Numbered from the stretch's first letter, positions 18,938-29,061 are shown. The stretch: DNA of 64,000 nt from Candidatus Methanomethylophilaceae archaeon (GCA_050950505.1 JBMNHS010000001.1:800001-864000); one strand, 5' to 3'. Notes: generated by a model from the sequence alone, not told the origin. Made by a program: numbers and translations.

Positions 18938-21900
18938 ATGGAATTTGACAATATTTTAAGAATATATCGCGAGGCCGCATACAGTAAAGCAGATTTGGGA
19001 ACAAAGTTCGAGGAACTTATCGCTCGATATCTGAAGACGGATCCGTTGTACTCAAACCAATTGGAAGAGGTTTGGCTTTGGAACGAATTCCCGTATAATG
19101 CAAGCATAAGCGGTCATGACACCGGAATAGATATTGTTGCCAAAACTAAATCGGGCGAATACTGGGCCATTCAATGCAAATTCTACGGAGAAAATTATAG
19201 CGTTGACAAAGGGGACATGGACACCTTCATGTCCGCATCCGGCAGAACCTTCAAAGATTATTCGGGTCAAAATATTCCTTTTTCCCAAAGAATGGTATTT
19301 TCCACAACCGACAACTGGACTGAAACGGCGATACAATCCCTTGAGAATCAAACCATTCCCGTAATGAGAGTCGGCCTTCACATGTTACGTGAAGCTGGTG
19401 TTGATTGGAATTCGATATACGACGGATTGCACGGTAAAGATGCTAGATCCAAGAAATACGAATTGAGATCCCATCAGCAGGAAGCTTTCGATAAAGCGAT
19501 TGAACATTACAAAAAGAACGACAGGGGCCAGATGATTATGGCCTGCGGTACCGGAAAGACGTTCACGTCCCTGAGAATTGCAGAGGCTTTGTCCGGAGAC
19601 AAAGGCTGCATATTGTTCCTTGCGCCGTCTATTGCTTTGGTAGGCCAGACTTTGAGGGAATGGTCTTCGCAGGCCGTAAACGATCTCAACGTAATCGCGG
19701 TATGTTCCGATTCACAGGTAACCAAAAAAAGAAGCAATGACGATTTAATCGAAAGAATCGAAGATCTGGGCGCTCCCGCCACTACGGACTCTAACGAAAT
19801 AGTCAGAAGATATCGTACCGGGGACGGACCGACCGTAATATTCTCAACATACCACTCAATAGATTCCGTCATTGAAGCACAGAAGATAGGCCTTCCGGAA
19901 TTCGATTTGATTATATGTGACGAAGCTCACAGAACAACCGGCGTCATTGAAAATAAAGAAGATGAGAAGTTCTTCACCAAAGTTCACGATAACAAAATTA
20001 TTGCGGGAAAGAAACGTCTCTACATGACTGCAACACCCAGAATTTACGGTGTCAAAGGTAAAGAAACCGCAGAAAACGAATCAGTTACGCTTTGTTCCAT
20101 GGACGATCCGGAAACTTACGGATCCGAGTTCTACAAAATCACGTTCGGTGAAGCAGTTGAAAGGGATTTGTTGACGGATTACAAAGTGCTTATTCTGACC
20201 GTCGCCAAAGAAGATATTCCGGATTTCCTGAAGCGTGAATGGGAAAAGAAGCAGAATTACGGTAAAGAAGTGGATACGGAAACCGAAAGCAAAATATGGG
20301 GTTGCATGAACGCATTGGCGAAGAACATCGCTTATGACGAAACCGTAAACCAGACAGACCCCGGCAGTATGAAATCCGCAGTTTCCTTCGCGAGAACCAT
20401 AGCCGATTCCAAAGATATCACGGACATATTCAACACTCTTGCCGAATCACCCATGGCCCCCGTGGACTTGGAAATGAAACATGTCGACGGCAGTATGAAC
20501 GCTTTCAAGCGTGAAGGTTTGTTGAACTGGCTCAAAGGCGGAACTCCGGAATGCAGAGTGCTTTCCAATGTCAGGTGTTTGAGCGAGGGCGTGGACGTTC
20601 CCGCGTTGGACGCTATCATGTTCCTGAGCAACAAGAACTCCCTGATTGATATTGTTCAGTCCGTCGGCAGAGTCATGAGACGGGCTCCGGGCAAAAAATA
20701 CGGTTACATAATAATCCCGGTCATTGCACCGGAAGGCGTTGACGCTAACCAAGCTCTTGACGATGACGATCAATACAAAGTCGTTTGGCAGGTTCTACGC
20801 GCGTTAAGATCTCACGATGAAAGACTTGAGGCGGAAGTTAATACGTTGCAGTATTCCAAATCTCCCGGTAAAATTCTCAATGCCCGTTTGAAGTCGGCCA
20901 GAAGAGATTCTACGGATGATTATTACACCGAAGGCCGGGTCCCTCGGCAATATCTGTTGGACGAGTTTGAATCCGCTTTAATGGCAAGACTTGTTCTTAA
21001 AGTCGGTAATAAAGATTACATCGAAAACTGGGCAAAGGATATTGCGGAAATAATGCCCGCGCTGACGGAACGTCTGACGAAAATATGCAATCATGACGAA
21101 CACGGATACAAACAGTTCAAACCCGCATTTAACAGATATCTGAAAGGATTGAGAGCAAACATTAACGGCGGAGTTTCCGAAGACGATGCGATAAACATGC
21201 TGGCGCAGCAGATTGTCACTAAACCGATATTTTTAGAACTTTTCGGAGACGATACTTTCGTTCAAAAGAATCCAGTATCTCACGCAATAAACGGAATGCT
21301 GGACGAAATCGGGGAGAAGAATGCTCTTGAAGGTATTGACTTGGAGAAATTCTACACAAGCGTGAAAACCACTCTTTCCAAAATCGATACCGAAGAAGGC
21401 AAACAGAAGACAATCACCGCTCTGTATGAAAAATTCTTTAAGAACGCATTCCCGAAAGATCAGGCGATAAACGGTGTGGTATATACACCGATTGAAATTG
21501 TGGATTTTATTCTAAGATCGGCTTCAGATTTATTGATGGAAGAGTTTGGTATTGACATCAACGATGAGGGCGTTAACATTCTGGATCCGTTTACCGGAAC
21601 AGGAATGTTCATTGCAAGGCTCATGGAACTCGGCTTAATAACCAAAGACAACCTTGAACGCAAATACAGAGAAGAATTGTTTGCCAATGAAATCACTTTA
21701 CTGGCATATTATATCGCGGCGGTGAACATTGAAAACGCATACAACAGAGTGATGCACCCCGAGGAATACACCCCGTTTGAAAATATCGTTCTGACGGACA
21801 CATTTAATATCGAGGAAATCTGCCGGCCGGGCGGAATATACAGTCAAACTACACTGACGGGAGAAGAGTTCTTTGCAGGTAACAAAGACAGAATCTGCAG

Positions 21901-23740
21901 AGAACATAAAACTCCGATAACTTTGATTATCGGCAATCCGCCGTACGGCGCAACACAAAAATCAGCAAATGACGATGCCAGAAAAAGAACCTACGACAAA
22001 GGCATAGATGCCAAAATTTCCGAAACGTATCTTAGGGATGATTTATTCCATGAACGCAAAGGCAATGTGAATTCTGTTTACGATAACTATGTTCGTGCAT
22101 TCAGATGGGCAACAGATCGTATCGGCGATAATGACGGAATAATATCATTTGTAACACCCAACGGATGGTCTGTCGGAAATGCCTTTGAAGGATTCAGAAA
22201 GACAATTGAAAACGAATTTTCCAAAATAATGATTTTTGATCTTAGAGGCGATCAGAATAGCGGAGATTGGAGAAATGAAGGAGAAAAGGTTTTCGGAGAA
22301 GGTTCCAAAGTCGGAATATCAATAATGTTATTAGTTAAACGCAAAGAGCATACCGGTAAAGCAAAAATACAATATTTCAAAACTCCAGATCAAGCCAGAC
22401 GTGCTGAAAAATTGAATCTTTTGACCGTTTCCAATTCATTCAAAAAAATGAATGATGAAAAGAAATTGGAAGTGCTTAAACCCGATTCAAACGGAGACTG
22501 GCTAATAGAACGGAACGAGATCTTCCAAATCCTCATGCCTCTTGCCGGAGATACCCGTAAAAAATTTGACAAGCATGGCGAAGATACAATATTTGTGGGA
22601 TATAGTGGCGGATACAAAACCAACCGTGATGCATGGGCGTATAATTATTCAGTTGAAAAATTAAAGTCTGTTAAGGCAAATCTTATTGAGGGATTCAATG
22701 AGCAATTGAAGAAAGGGAACATAGATTATGAAGACAAAAGGGTAAAATGGACTACGCCCCTTAAAAGTCGCTTTGATAAAGGAAGACGAGTAGACTTAGA
22801 TACATCGACAATAGTTCCTGCCATATATCGTCCATACAGTAAAAGATATTTTGATGCGGATCCTGATTACAATGAAGCACCATATCAGAATCCGAAGTTA
22901 TTCCCTACACCTGATACAAAGAATCTTCTAATATGTGTGGCGGGAGTAGGTGTAAAAAAAGAATTTTCATGTTTGATTACCAATTGTATGACTGATTTAG
23001 AGATAGTTGGAAAGTCACAATGTTTCCCCTTATATTGGTATGAAGATCATTCCGAAACTAGACGTGACAGGAAGCAAGAATCTTTGTTCGGCGACAACGG
23101 CAACAACAGTCTCATAAGACATGACGGTGTGAGCGACTACGCTCTTAATTCTGCCATCAAGAAGTATAATCAAAATATAACAAAAGAAGACATATTTTAC
23201 TACGTCTACGGATATCTCCATTCCCCGGAATATAGAGAAACCTTTTCTGACGATTTGAAATACTCTTTGCCCAGAATAGACTTCGTTGACGATTATGACG
23301 AATTCCAAATATTTTCTATCGCCGGAAGAGATTTGGCTGAATTACATCTGAATTATGAGAATGTCGAGGCTCCGGCTTCCGTCAGAATCTCCGGTGTTGT
23401 AAATATTGAAGATATTCTTCATGACGATAAATTCTGCCACGTAAAGAAAATGAGGGCATTCCCCGACAAAGGAAAAGTTACTTACAACAAGAACATCACA
23501 ATAGAAAACATTCCCGCTGAAGCCTTTGAGTATGTTGTAAACGGACGTTCCGCGATAGAATGGATAGTAGACCAGTATCAGTACACTATCGATAAGAAAT
23601 CAGGAATAGTCAACGATCCCAACGAATATGCCGGCGGAAGTTACGTATTGAGGCTTTTGTTATCAGTAATAAATGTGAGCATCCTGACAATGAAAATTGT
23701 CAAAGGATTACCAAAACTGAATTTTGAAGAAGAAAAATGA
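18938..23740 (+). CDS. Type ISP restriction-modification enzyme (LlaGI/LlaBIII family)
   Basis: Mrr-type nuclease DTGIDIV...AIQCK; SF2 ATPase MACGTGKT/DEAH/MTATP/QSVGRVMR; MTase LDPFTGTG and NPPY; C-terminal TRD (YRPY, QCFP, NGRSAIEW). Confidence 0.95.
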   Translation: MEFDNILRIYREAAYSKADLGTKFEELIARYLKTDPLYSNQLEEVWLWNEFPYNASISGHDTGIDIVAKTKSGEYWAIQCKFYGENYSVDKGDMDTFMSASGRTFKDYSGQNIPFSQRMVFSTTDNWTETAIQSLENQTIPVMRVGLHMLREAGVDWNSIYDGLHGKDARSKKYELRSHQQEAFDKAIEHYKKNDRGQMIMACGTGKTFTSLRIAEALSGDKGCILFLAPSIALVGQTLREWSSQAVNDLNVIAVCSDSQVTKKRSNDDLIERIEDLGAPATTDSNEIVRRYRTGDGPTVIFSTYHSIDSVIEAQKIGLPEFDLIICDEAHRTTGVIENKEDEKFFTKVHDNKIIAGKKRLYMTATPRIYGVKGKETAENESVTLCSMDDPETYGSEFYKITFGEAVERDLLTDYKVLILTVAKEDIPDFLKREWEKKQNYGKEVDTETESKIWGCMNALAKNIAYDETVNQTDPGSMKSAVSFARTIADSKDITDIFNTLAESPMAPVDLEMKHVDGSMNAFKREGLLNWLKGGTPECRVLSNVRCLSEGVDVPALDAIMFLSNKNSLIDIVQSVGRVMRRAPGKKYGYIIIPVIAPEGVDANQALDDDDQYKVVWQVLRALRSHDERLEAEVNTLQYSKSPGKILNARLKSARRDSTDDYYTEGRVPRQYLLDEFESALMARLVLKVGNKDYIENWAKDIAEIMPALTERLTKICNHDEHGYKQFKPAFNRYLKGLRANINGGVSEDDAINMLAQQIVTKPIFLELFGDDTFVQKNPVSHAINGMLDEIGEKNALEGIDLEKFYTSVKTTLSKIDTEEGKQKTITALYEKFFKNAFPKDQAINGVVYTPIEIVDFILRSASDLLMEEFGIDINDEGVNILDPFTGTGMFIARLMELGLITKDNLERKYREELFANEITLLAYYIAAVNIENAYNRVMHPEEYTPFENIVLTDTFNIEEICRPGGIYSQTTLTGEEFFAGNKDRICREHKTPITLIIGNPPYGATQKSANDDARKRTYDKGIDAKISETYLRDDLFHERKGNVNSVYDNYVRAFRWATDRIGDNDGIISFVTPNGWSVGNAFEGFRKTIENEFSKIMIFDLRGDQNSGDWRNEGEKVFGEGSKVGISIMLLVKRKEHTGKAKIQYFKTPDQARRAEKLNLLTVSNSFKKMNDEKKLEVLKPDSNGDWLIERNEIFQILMPLAGDTRKKFDKHGEDTIFVGYSGGYKTNRDAWAYNYSVEKLKSVKANLIEGFNEQLKKGNIDYEDKRVKWTTPLKSRFDKGRRVDLDTSTIVPAIYRPYSKRYFDADPDYNEAPYQNPKLFPTPDTKNLLICVAGVGVKKEFSCLITNCMTDLEIVGKSQCFPLYWYEDHSETRRDRKQESLFGDNGNNSLIRHDGVSDYALNSAIKKYNQNITKEDIFYYVYGYLHSPEYRETFSDDLKYSLPRIDFVDDYDEFQIFSIAGRDLAELHLNYENVEAPASVRISGVVNIEDILHDDKFCHVKKMRAFPDKGKVTYNKNITIENIPAEAFEYVVNGRSAIEWIVDQYQYTIDKKSGIVNDPNEYAGGSYVLRLLLSVINVSILTMKIVKGLPKLNFEEEK

Positions 23741-24093
23741 TATGGATTTTGTCTCTGTAACTCACCCTCGTAAAGCTGGAATTCACCGTAAGTTGACATG
23801 TAAGCTTCCGTCATGGACTTTGGGCAAATCCCGTCCTATTATTTCAGATATTAATGTAGAGAAGAGCGTATCAATTTTTGGAGGGAATTCCACCTTTTTA
23901 TCATCAAAAAGAGGCAATTACCCCTTTTCGTATAAATTTAACCATCTAACATCCCCAAAAAATGGAAAATAATTCAATCTGGGTCATGTGACTATTTTTC
24001 CATTCTCGTCATTACATACTACGGATTCTGTCACACATATTTGGAACGCTACTGTATGGACGAATCCGAATACTTACGTGGACGATTAATCAT

Positions 24094-25029
24094 TCATCTT
24101 TCTGTCATTTTCGCCAATTTTTCAGACAATTCTTCTTCGGAAAGAACCCGATCGTATTCTGTTTCATATACGTCTCTTGCTCTGATGTTCTTGTTTATAC
24201 GGGTAATGAAGGATAAGAAATCCCGATTATCTGAAAGTATGTCGACCATATCATCGTCCAGACTAGTGTTGTAACGTGACGGAAAGAGAATTTCAGAGTC
24301 GGATACATTTTCTAAATCCAACTGAATTACGCCGATTCCGAAAGATCTGTTGAGGCGCCGTAATTCTTCTTTGGCTTCACTCTCGATTTTTGCCGCAACC
24401 AGATATCCTTCGTTGGCCCATGAAGAATTTGAAATTGCCTGGAAATAATACATTCTTACGTTGGACGTGGTAATTTCTTTTTTAATTTCGAAAGAATAAA
24501 TTTTCACAGTCGGCTGTTTGATATTTTCGAAAAAGATGTAAGTTTCTTCGTTTGAATATTCGTCAAAGGGGTAATACACGCTCACGATGTCGGGATATCT
24601 CCATTCATTTTGTTTACTCCCCCCTTTTTTTGCGGCATTGGCATTTATGGTTTTTGAATGTGAATGAAAGTGAGGATTTGTTATGAGATAGTACACAAGC
24701 AGGGGGTGGAGATCCAATTCTTTATATTTCGATTCAGAACGACGCAAAGGCACCTCATCATAAGTCATGTTTACGGGAGTTGATTCATTGTTTCCGGTTA
24801 GGAAAAAACGTGTGGGCCCCTTGGAGGCTATATAGAATCGTGATTGTTCACCGAAGTCCTTTATATTGACATAGATTCTTGCGCCAATGGTATTCCAGGG
24901 AGTTTTGCCTTTGAGACCACATTCTTCATTTAATCCAAATTCAACAGCATAATCCCAAATTTCCTCGGTAGTGAGCGGTCGACCGACTTTATTGAGGACA
25001 TCTGCACTCAACTCCAATGCTGTGTACAT
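24094..25029 (-). CDS. HARE-HTH + HrgA/COG2958 restriction-endonuclease-fold protein
   Basis: GKTPWNTIGARIY (HARE-HTH); ELDLHPLL, WRYPDIV, SFEIK, YFQAISNSSWANEGYLV. Confidence 0.85.
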   Translation of the reverse strand: MYTALELSADVLNKVGRPLTTEEIWDYAVEFGLNEECGLKGKTPWNTIGARIYVNIKDFGEQSRFYIASKGPTRFFLTGNNESTPVNMTYDEVPLRRSESKYKELDLHPLLVYYLITNPHFHSHSKTINANAAKKGGSKQNEWRYPDIVSVYYPFDEYSNEETYIFFENIKQPTVKIYSFEIKKEITTSNVRMYYFQAISNSSWANEGYLVAAKIESEAKEELRRLNRSFGIGVIQLDLENVSDSEILFPSRYNTSLDDDMVDILSDNRDFLSFITRINKNIRARDVYETEYDRVLSEEELSEKLAKMTER

Positions 25030-25221
25030 GCGTATTGAAAGACACTCGATTGGTATATATTATACCTGTATTTTTTATGGAAAACTATCAGCCCAAGTTT
25101 GAATAATTCTTGAAGTTGTAGGTTACATTTCCGCCGGAGCCATCTTCGCATAGACGCCTCCAATCACTCGTAAACGTATGTCCATGTTCAATTCTTTTTG
25201 TTTATATCCACTGCCGTAAAC

Positions 25222-25692
25222 TTAATCGTTTTCTGAAACAGGCAAAAAATCGGACAATATTCTGTAATTGAATTTCAGATTCATATCTGTTTGAGGGTCA
25301 TACATTACTAACGAAAGAGACGAATCATCAGTACCGTTCTCAATAACTTTCATATAACCGATTTCAACCAAGAATTCTCTAACCGAAGGAATCAAAAAAG
25401 GATTATGTGACGTTTCAAGTGCATTCAATACAAGTTCTGTTTTATCAACAACATCATTTCTGTGGAAAAATCCGATAACCTGTTTGTTTTCGTAAATATC
25501 TATTTTATCAGTTTCGTGATTGATGCGATATTCAATCAAATTATCATCATTTTGAAAGAATACTTTCCTGAGTATAAACCAAGAATCTTTTCCCGTCCAA
25601 TCGCTACCGCCCCGGCGTATCTTTCCATCGCCAAGAATTTTTAGAAAAGTGAAAATCTTAACATGATGCTTTACGTTATCGGAAACAACCAT
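25222..25692 (-). CDS. HpaII-family endonuclease N-terminal fragment, catalytically degenerate
   Basis: FTFLKILGDGKI, FLIPSVREFL and LVMYDPQT resemble HpaII-family blocks; only 156 aa. Confidence 0.55.
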   Translation of the reverse strand: MVVSDNVKHHVKIFTFLKILGDGKIRRGGSDWTGKDSWFILRKVFFQNDDNLIEYRINHETDKIDIYENKQVIGFFHRNDVVDKTELVLNALETSHNPFLIPSVREFLVEIGYMKVIENGTDDSSLSLVMYDPQTDMNLKFNYRILSDFLPVSEND

Positions 25693-25740
25693 TTTAATCG
25701 TTATATATCACTCGTTAATCTAATATCAAAGTTGTTAACT

Positions 25741-25767
25741 TACCGGTACTGGCACTTCGTACCGGTA
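25741..25767. terminator. Hairpin 3' of ycaO
   Basis: TACCGGTAC-N9-GTACCGGTA perfect inverted repeat. Confidence 0.5.
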
Positions 25768-25774
25768 AACCGGT

Positions 25775-27007
25775 TCACTGTACATTTCTGACCGGCGGCC
25801 ACATCCCGTTAATCCTGTAACCGGCACGGTTGGGATCCATTGTGTAACACTCCATTCCGGGAATAATCATCCTCACTACGGGAATCTCTATTTCCGGTCT
25901 TGTAAGGTTCACGGTAATAACTTTGTCAAATTCCGCGTCAACCAATTTTCCCAGAACGACTTCTATATCGTCCAAAACATAATCGGTGGATTCGTCTTCC
26001 AAATCATTCAATTTGACTTTGCGATCCAAGTCGGAATACCAAAGACGGTTAATCCGTTTAATTTTCTCATATCCCATTTCTCTGGTGGTTTTGACAAGTT
26101 CCGCATTGACTTTGGCACCTTCTTTGTGAGTTGCCCGGCTCTGAGCCACTTCGGTTATGGCTCGGATTGCGGCTATCTCCGGATCCAAATGGGTTCCGAC
26201 GCCTATCGTCAGCATTTCCGGATCCTTCGTTACAACGTCATCGGCGGCGGCGCCTATGGTGGTCACTCCAACATCCGACGTAATATCCTTGAGATGAATT
26301 TCAACACCCTTCTCTCCGAATGATTCAATCATTCTTCCGGAAATCGAGTCGGAATCCACGATAACATCGGCTTTGGCATACTGTCGGTCTTCGGCCAAAG
26401 ACCACGCATCTCTTTCGATAACTTCGAAGGTCGCGTGAAGAATGGCCTCCTCCAACGTATTCCCTGAAGCCAATCCGTTGGTGTTATATCTGAACAACTG
26501 TAAATCCCCGTCCGGGATGTACGGGTGGAACACGGCGCAGGCCGGGACCCAAATCGGTTCGCCTCTGAACATTTCCCATCCTCTGCACCAGGCAATTTCC
26601 GCACTCCGGTAGTAATGAACTTTGTCGAAAGGCAAAATCAAATCCGCCGGATCCACGGTAAGACCTGTTTTCATTGCCTGCTCGTAAGTACCGTGCACGA
26701 CTTCGTCGTATTCTCTTCGTTCGGCACTGTATCTTTCCATGGCCTCCATCACGGCGGAAGCCTTGGCCTGTTCGGGAGTGACGCCTTTGCCGTTGTGACT
26801 GGAAACCGTTCCTTCGGCGGCACCCGGTCTCGAAATCGAATAAACGGGAATGCCGATATTGTCCTTGACGGAGATATCCTCCGGATCTTCCAAACCGGCC
26901 GTTTTGAGCAACGGCATTGCACGTTTCAACGTGTCTTCGGGAGAAACCACCCTAATGCCGCCTTCCCGGTCATATTTCGGAGTTCTAGTCAGTATCAACG
27001 GTTCCAT
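25775..27007 (-). CDS. ycaO: YcaO-family McrA glycine thioamidation protein
   Basis: IGIPV, GKG...AKASAVMEAMER, TNGLASGN, EVIERD, RAITEVAQSR, PVVRMIIPGME. Confidence 0.9.
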   Translation of the reverse strand: MEPLILTRTPKYDREGGIRVVSPEDTLKRAMPLLKTAGLEDPEDISVKDNIGIPVYSISRPGAAEGTVSSHNGKGVTPEQAKASAVMEAMERYSAERREYDEVVHGTYEQAMKTGLTVDPADLILPFDKVHYYRSAEIAWCRGWEMFRGEPIWVPACAVFHPYIPDGDLQLFRYNTNGLASGNTLEEAILHATFEVIERDAWSLAEDRQYAKADVIVDSDSISGRMIESFGEKGVEIHLKDITSDVGVTTIGAAADDVVTKDPEMLTIGVGTHLDPEIAAIRAITEVAQSRATHKEGAKVNAELVKTTREMGYEKIKRINRLWYSDLDRKVKLNDLEDESTDYVLDDIEVVLGKLVDAEFDKVITVNLTRPEIEIPVVRMIIPGMECYTMDPNRAGYRINGMWPPVRNVQ

Positions 27008-27114
27008 CTGTCAATGTTGATGTCATGATTCGTTAAATAAGTTCTACAGCGAAAAAGAAAAAGAATCCCTGCAGACATGGGACAAATCCTTAATCTACGG
27101 GTATATACTGACTT

Positions 27115-28296
27115 ATGGAACTCACAATCGAAGAAGAACGCATTCTCCGCGGCGAAGAAGGTGAAAGCCGCAGAAAAGCGATGGAACTTCTTGTGGCTCT
27201 CGGTAAAGTCTACGGAGCCGAGAACCTTATCGGCATAACCTCCGCACATCTGTCCGGCGCATCTTACAAGACAATCGGGGAAGGAGGACTTAAATATCTC
27301 ACCGACCAGGTCGAAGGCGGGGCCAAAGTGACCGTACCCTCGACTCTTAATCCGGTGGGAATGGATCTCGGAAGATGGAAAGAGATGCACATCACAGACC
27401 ACTTCGCGGAGAAGCAGAGACGGATTGTCGAACTGTACGGGAAAATGGATGTCATGACCACCTGTACCTGCACACCGTACGTCGGTCCGAATATTCCGAA
27501 ATTCGGAGATCATGTCGCCTGGTCCGAATCTTCCGCTCTGTCATTCGTCAATTCATTCATCGGTGCCAGAACAAACAGGGAAGGCGGCCCGGGGGCTCTC
27601 GCCGCCGCGATTGTGGGTAAAACAGCCAATTACGGACTGCACCTCGACGAGAACAGAGTTCCTTCCGTAATGATAGATGCCGACATTGACGGTTCCGTGT
27701 TCAGCTATTCGTTGCTGGGTCAGGCCGTAGGCAAAAGAATCGGAAAAAGAGTCCCTTACTTCAGAGGGCTGCCGAAAGATACCGGTACCGAAGAAGCGAA
27801 GGCGTTGTCTGCGGCCATGGCCGCCTCCGGCGCCGTTGCTCTCTGGCATGCCGAAAATGTGACTCCGGAAGCCAAGAATTATGACATATCCCGTCTGGAA
27901 GTCATAACCGTCGGCAAAGAGGAACTGAAAGACGCTTACGAAGAACTGAACACCGTGGACGATGTTCAGTTGATCGCGTTGGGATGCCCTCATCTCACGG
28001 AGAAGGAAATACATGAACTGGCTATAATGCTGAAAGGCAAAAAGAAAAGGCCCGGTTCCGCCGAAATATGGTTCTGCACTTCCGCCGCAATCCGAGAAAA
28101 GTGTGTCGAAGACGTCAAAATCCTCGAAGAGTTCGGACCCGTTCTCGCGGACACATGTATGGTCGTGGCACCCATCGAAGGCACATTTTCGAGAACCGGA
28201 ACCAACTCTGCGAAAGCCGGCAATTATCTTCCCACTTTATGTTCTCAGAGGGTAATGTGCAGAGACATCGCCCGGCTGATGGAGGTGGTATATTGA
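27115..28296 (+). CDS. Aconitase X large subunit (phosphomevalonate dehydratase large subunit)
   Basis: AHLSGASYKTIG, TLNP, CTCTPY, AWSESSA, GARTNREGG, LGCPH, DTCMVVAP, TNSAKA. Confidence 0.9.
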   Translation: MELTIEEERILRGEEGESRRKAMELLVALGKVYGAENLIGITSAHLSGASYKTIGEGGLKYLTDQVEGGAKVTVPSTLNPVGMDLGRWKEMHITDHFAEKQRRIVELYGKMDVMTTCTCTPYVGPNIPKFGDHVAWSESSALSFVNSFIGARTNREGGPGALAAAIVGKTANYGLHLDENRVPSVMIDADIDGSVFSYSLLGQAVGKRIGKRVPYFRGLPKDTGTEEAKALSAAMAASGAVALWHAENVTPEAKNYDISRLEVITVGKEELKDAYEELNTVDDVQLIALGCPHLTEKEIHELAIMLKGKKKRPGSAEIWFCTSAAIREKCVEDVKILEEFGPVLADTCMVVAPIEGTFSRTGTNSAKAGNYLPTLCSQRVMCRDIARLMEVVY

Positions 28297-29060
28297 TCAT
28301 CGAAGGACGTTCGATTTCATCCGGAAAGGCTTCCGGAAAAGTTCTGAAGCTTGAGGATTCCTTCGGTTTCCTGGGAGGCGTCGACGGTTCCACCGGAGAA
28401 CTGGACGCAGGCCAGGGAAACATTGCAGGGAAAGTATTCGTGTTCCCCGCCGGGAAGGGAAGCACCGTGGGTTCTTACGTCATGTACGATTTGTCTCTTC
28501 ACGGAAAGGCTCCCGCCGCCGTAATAAACACCGAAGCGGAAACCATTGTGACCACGGGAGCGGTGATATCTTCGATCCCCATGGTGGATAAGATAGACAT
28601 ATCCCTTATCCGTGACGGCGATAAAGTCATCGTCGACGGTGATGCCGGCACCATTGAAATCCTCGGAGTCACCGTAATCGAATCCGTTTCCTCCGCGATA
28701 GTGGTGAACGGAAAGGTTCTGATGCTCAAACGTCCCGACGACGCACTCGATTTTCCCGGAATATGGTCTCTTGTCGTCGGTAAGGTGGAAGAAGGCGAAA
28801 GTCCGATTGCCGCAGCCAGACGGGAAGTGATGGAAGAAACGGGAATCTCCGTGTTCACTCCCGACCGGACCGGAATGCCTATGTTTGTGCGTGACGGCAA
28901 AATCATATGGAAAATATATCCCATGATGTACCGTCTGACTTCCGCCGAACCCAGGTTGAATTACGAGAACGAGAAATTCAAATGGGTGAACCCTGAGGAC
29001 ATATCTTCGATGAAGACCGCTCCGCACGTTCAGAGCGCCGTTCTTGAAATGATGGAGTGA
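28293..29060 (+). CDS. Aconitase X small (swivelling, DUF126) subunit fused to a Nudix hydrolase
   Basis: TTG start after GGAGGTGG; FGFLGGVD, GKGSTVGSY; Nudix box GKVEEGESPIAAARREVMEETGI. Confidence 0.9.
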   Translation: MIIEGRSISSGKASGKVLKLEDSFGFLGGVDGSTGELDAGQGNIAGKVFVFPAGKGSTVGSYVMYDLSLHGKAPAAVINTEAETIVTTGAVISSIPMVDKIDISLIRDGDKVIVDGDAGTIEILGVTVIESVSSAIVVNGKVLMLKRPDDALDFPGIWSLVVGKVEEGESPIAAARREVMEETGISVFTPDRTGMPMFVRDGKIIWKIYPMMYRLTSAEPRLNYENEKFKWVNPEDISSMKTAPHVQSAVLEMME

Positions 29061-29061
29061 A

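Larger units (their letters stand above)
18100..25740. mobile_element. AT-rich defence island downstream of tRNA-Arg (no integrase seen)
   Basis: Visible drop in GC, long non-coding gaps, and three nuclease-fold genes between housekeeping blocks; boundaries approximate. Confidence 0.6.

Noticed and set aside
18075-25775. attL/attR duplication and an integrase for the island
   Set aside because: No copy of the tRNA-Arg 3' end and no recombinase motifs were found by eye.
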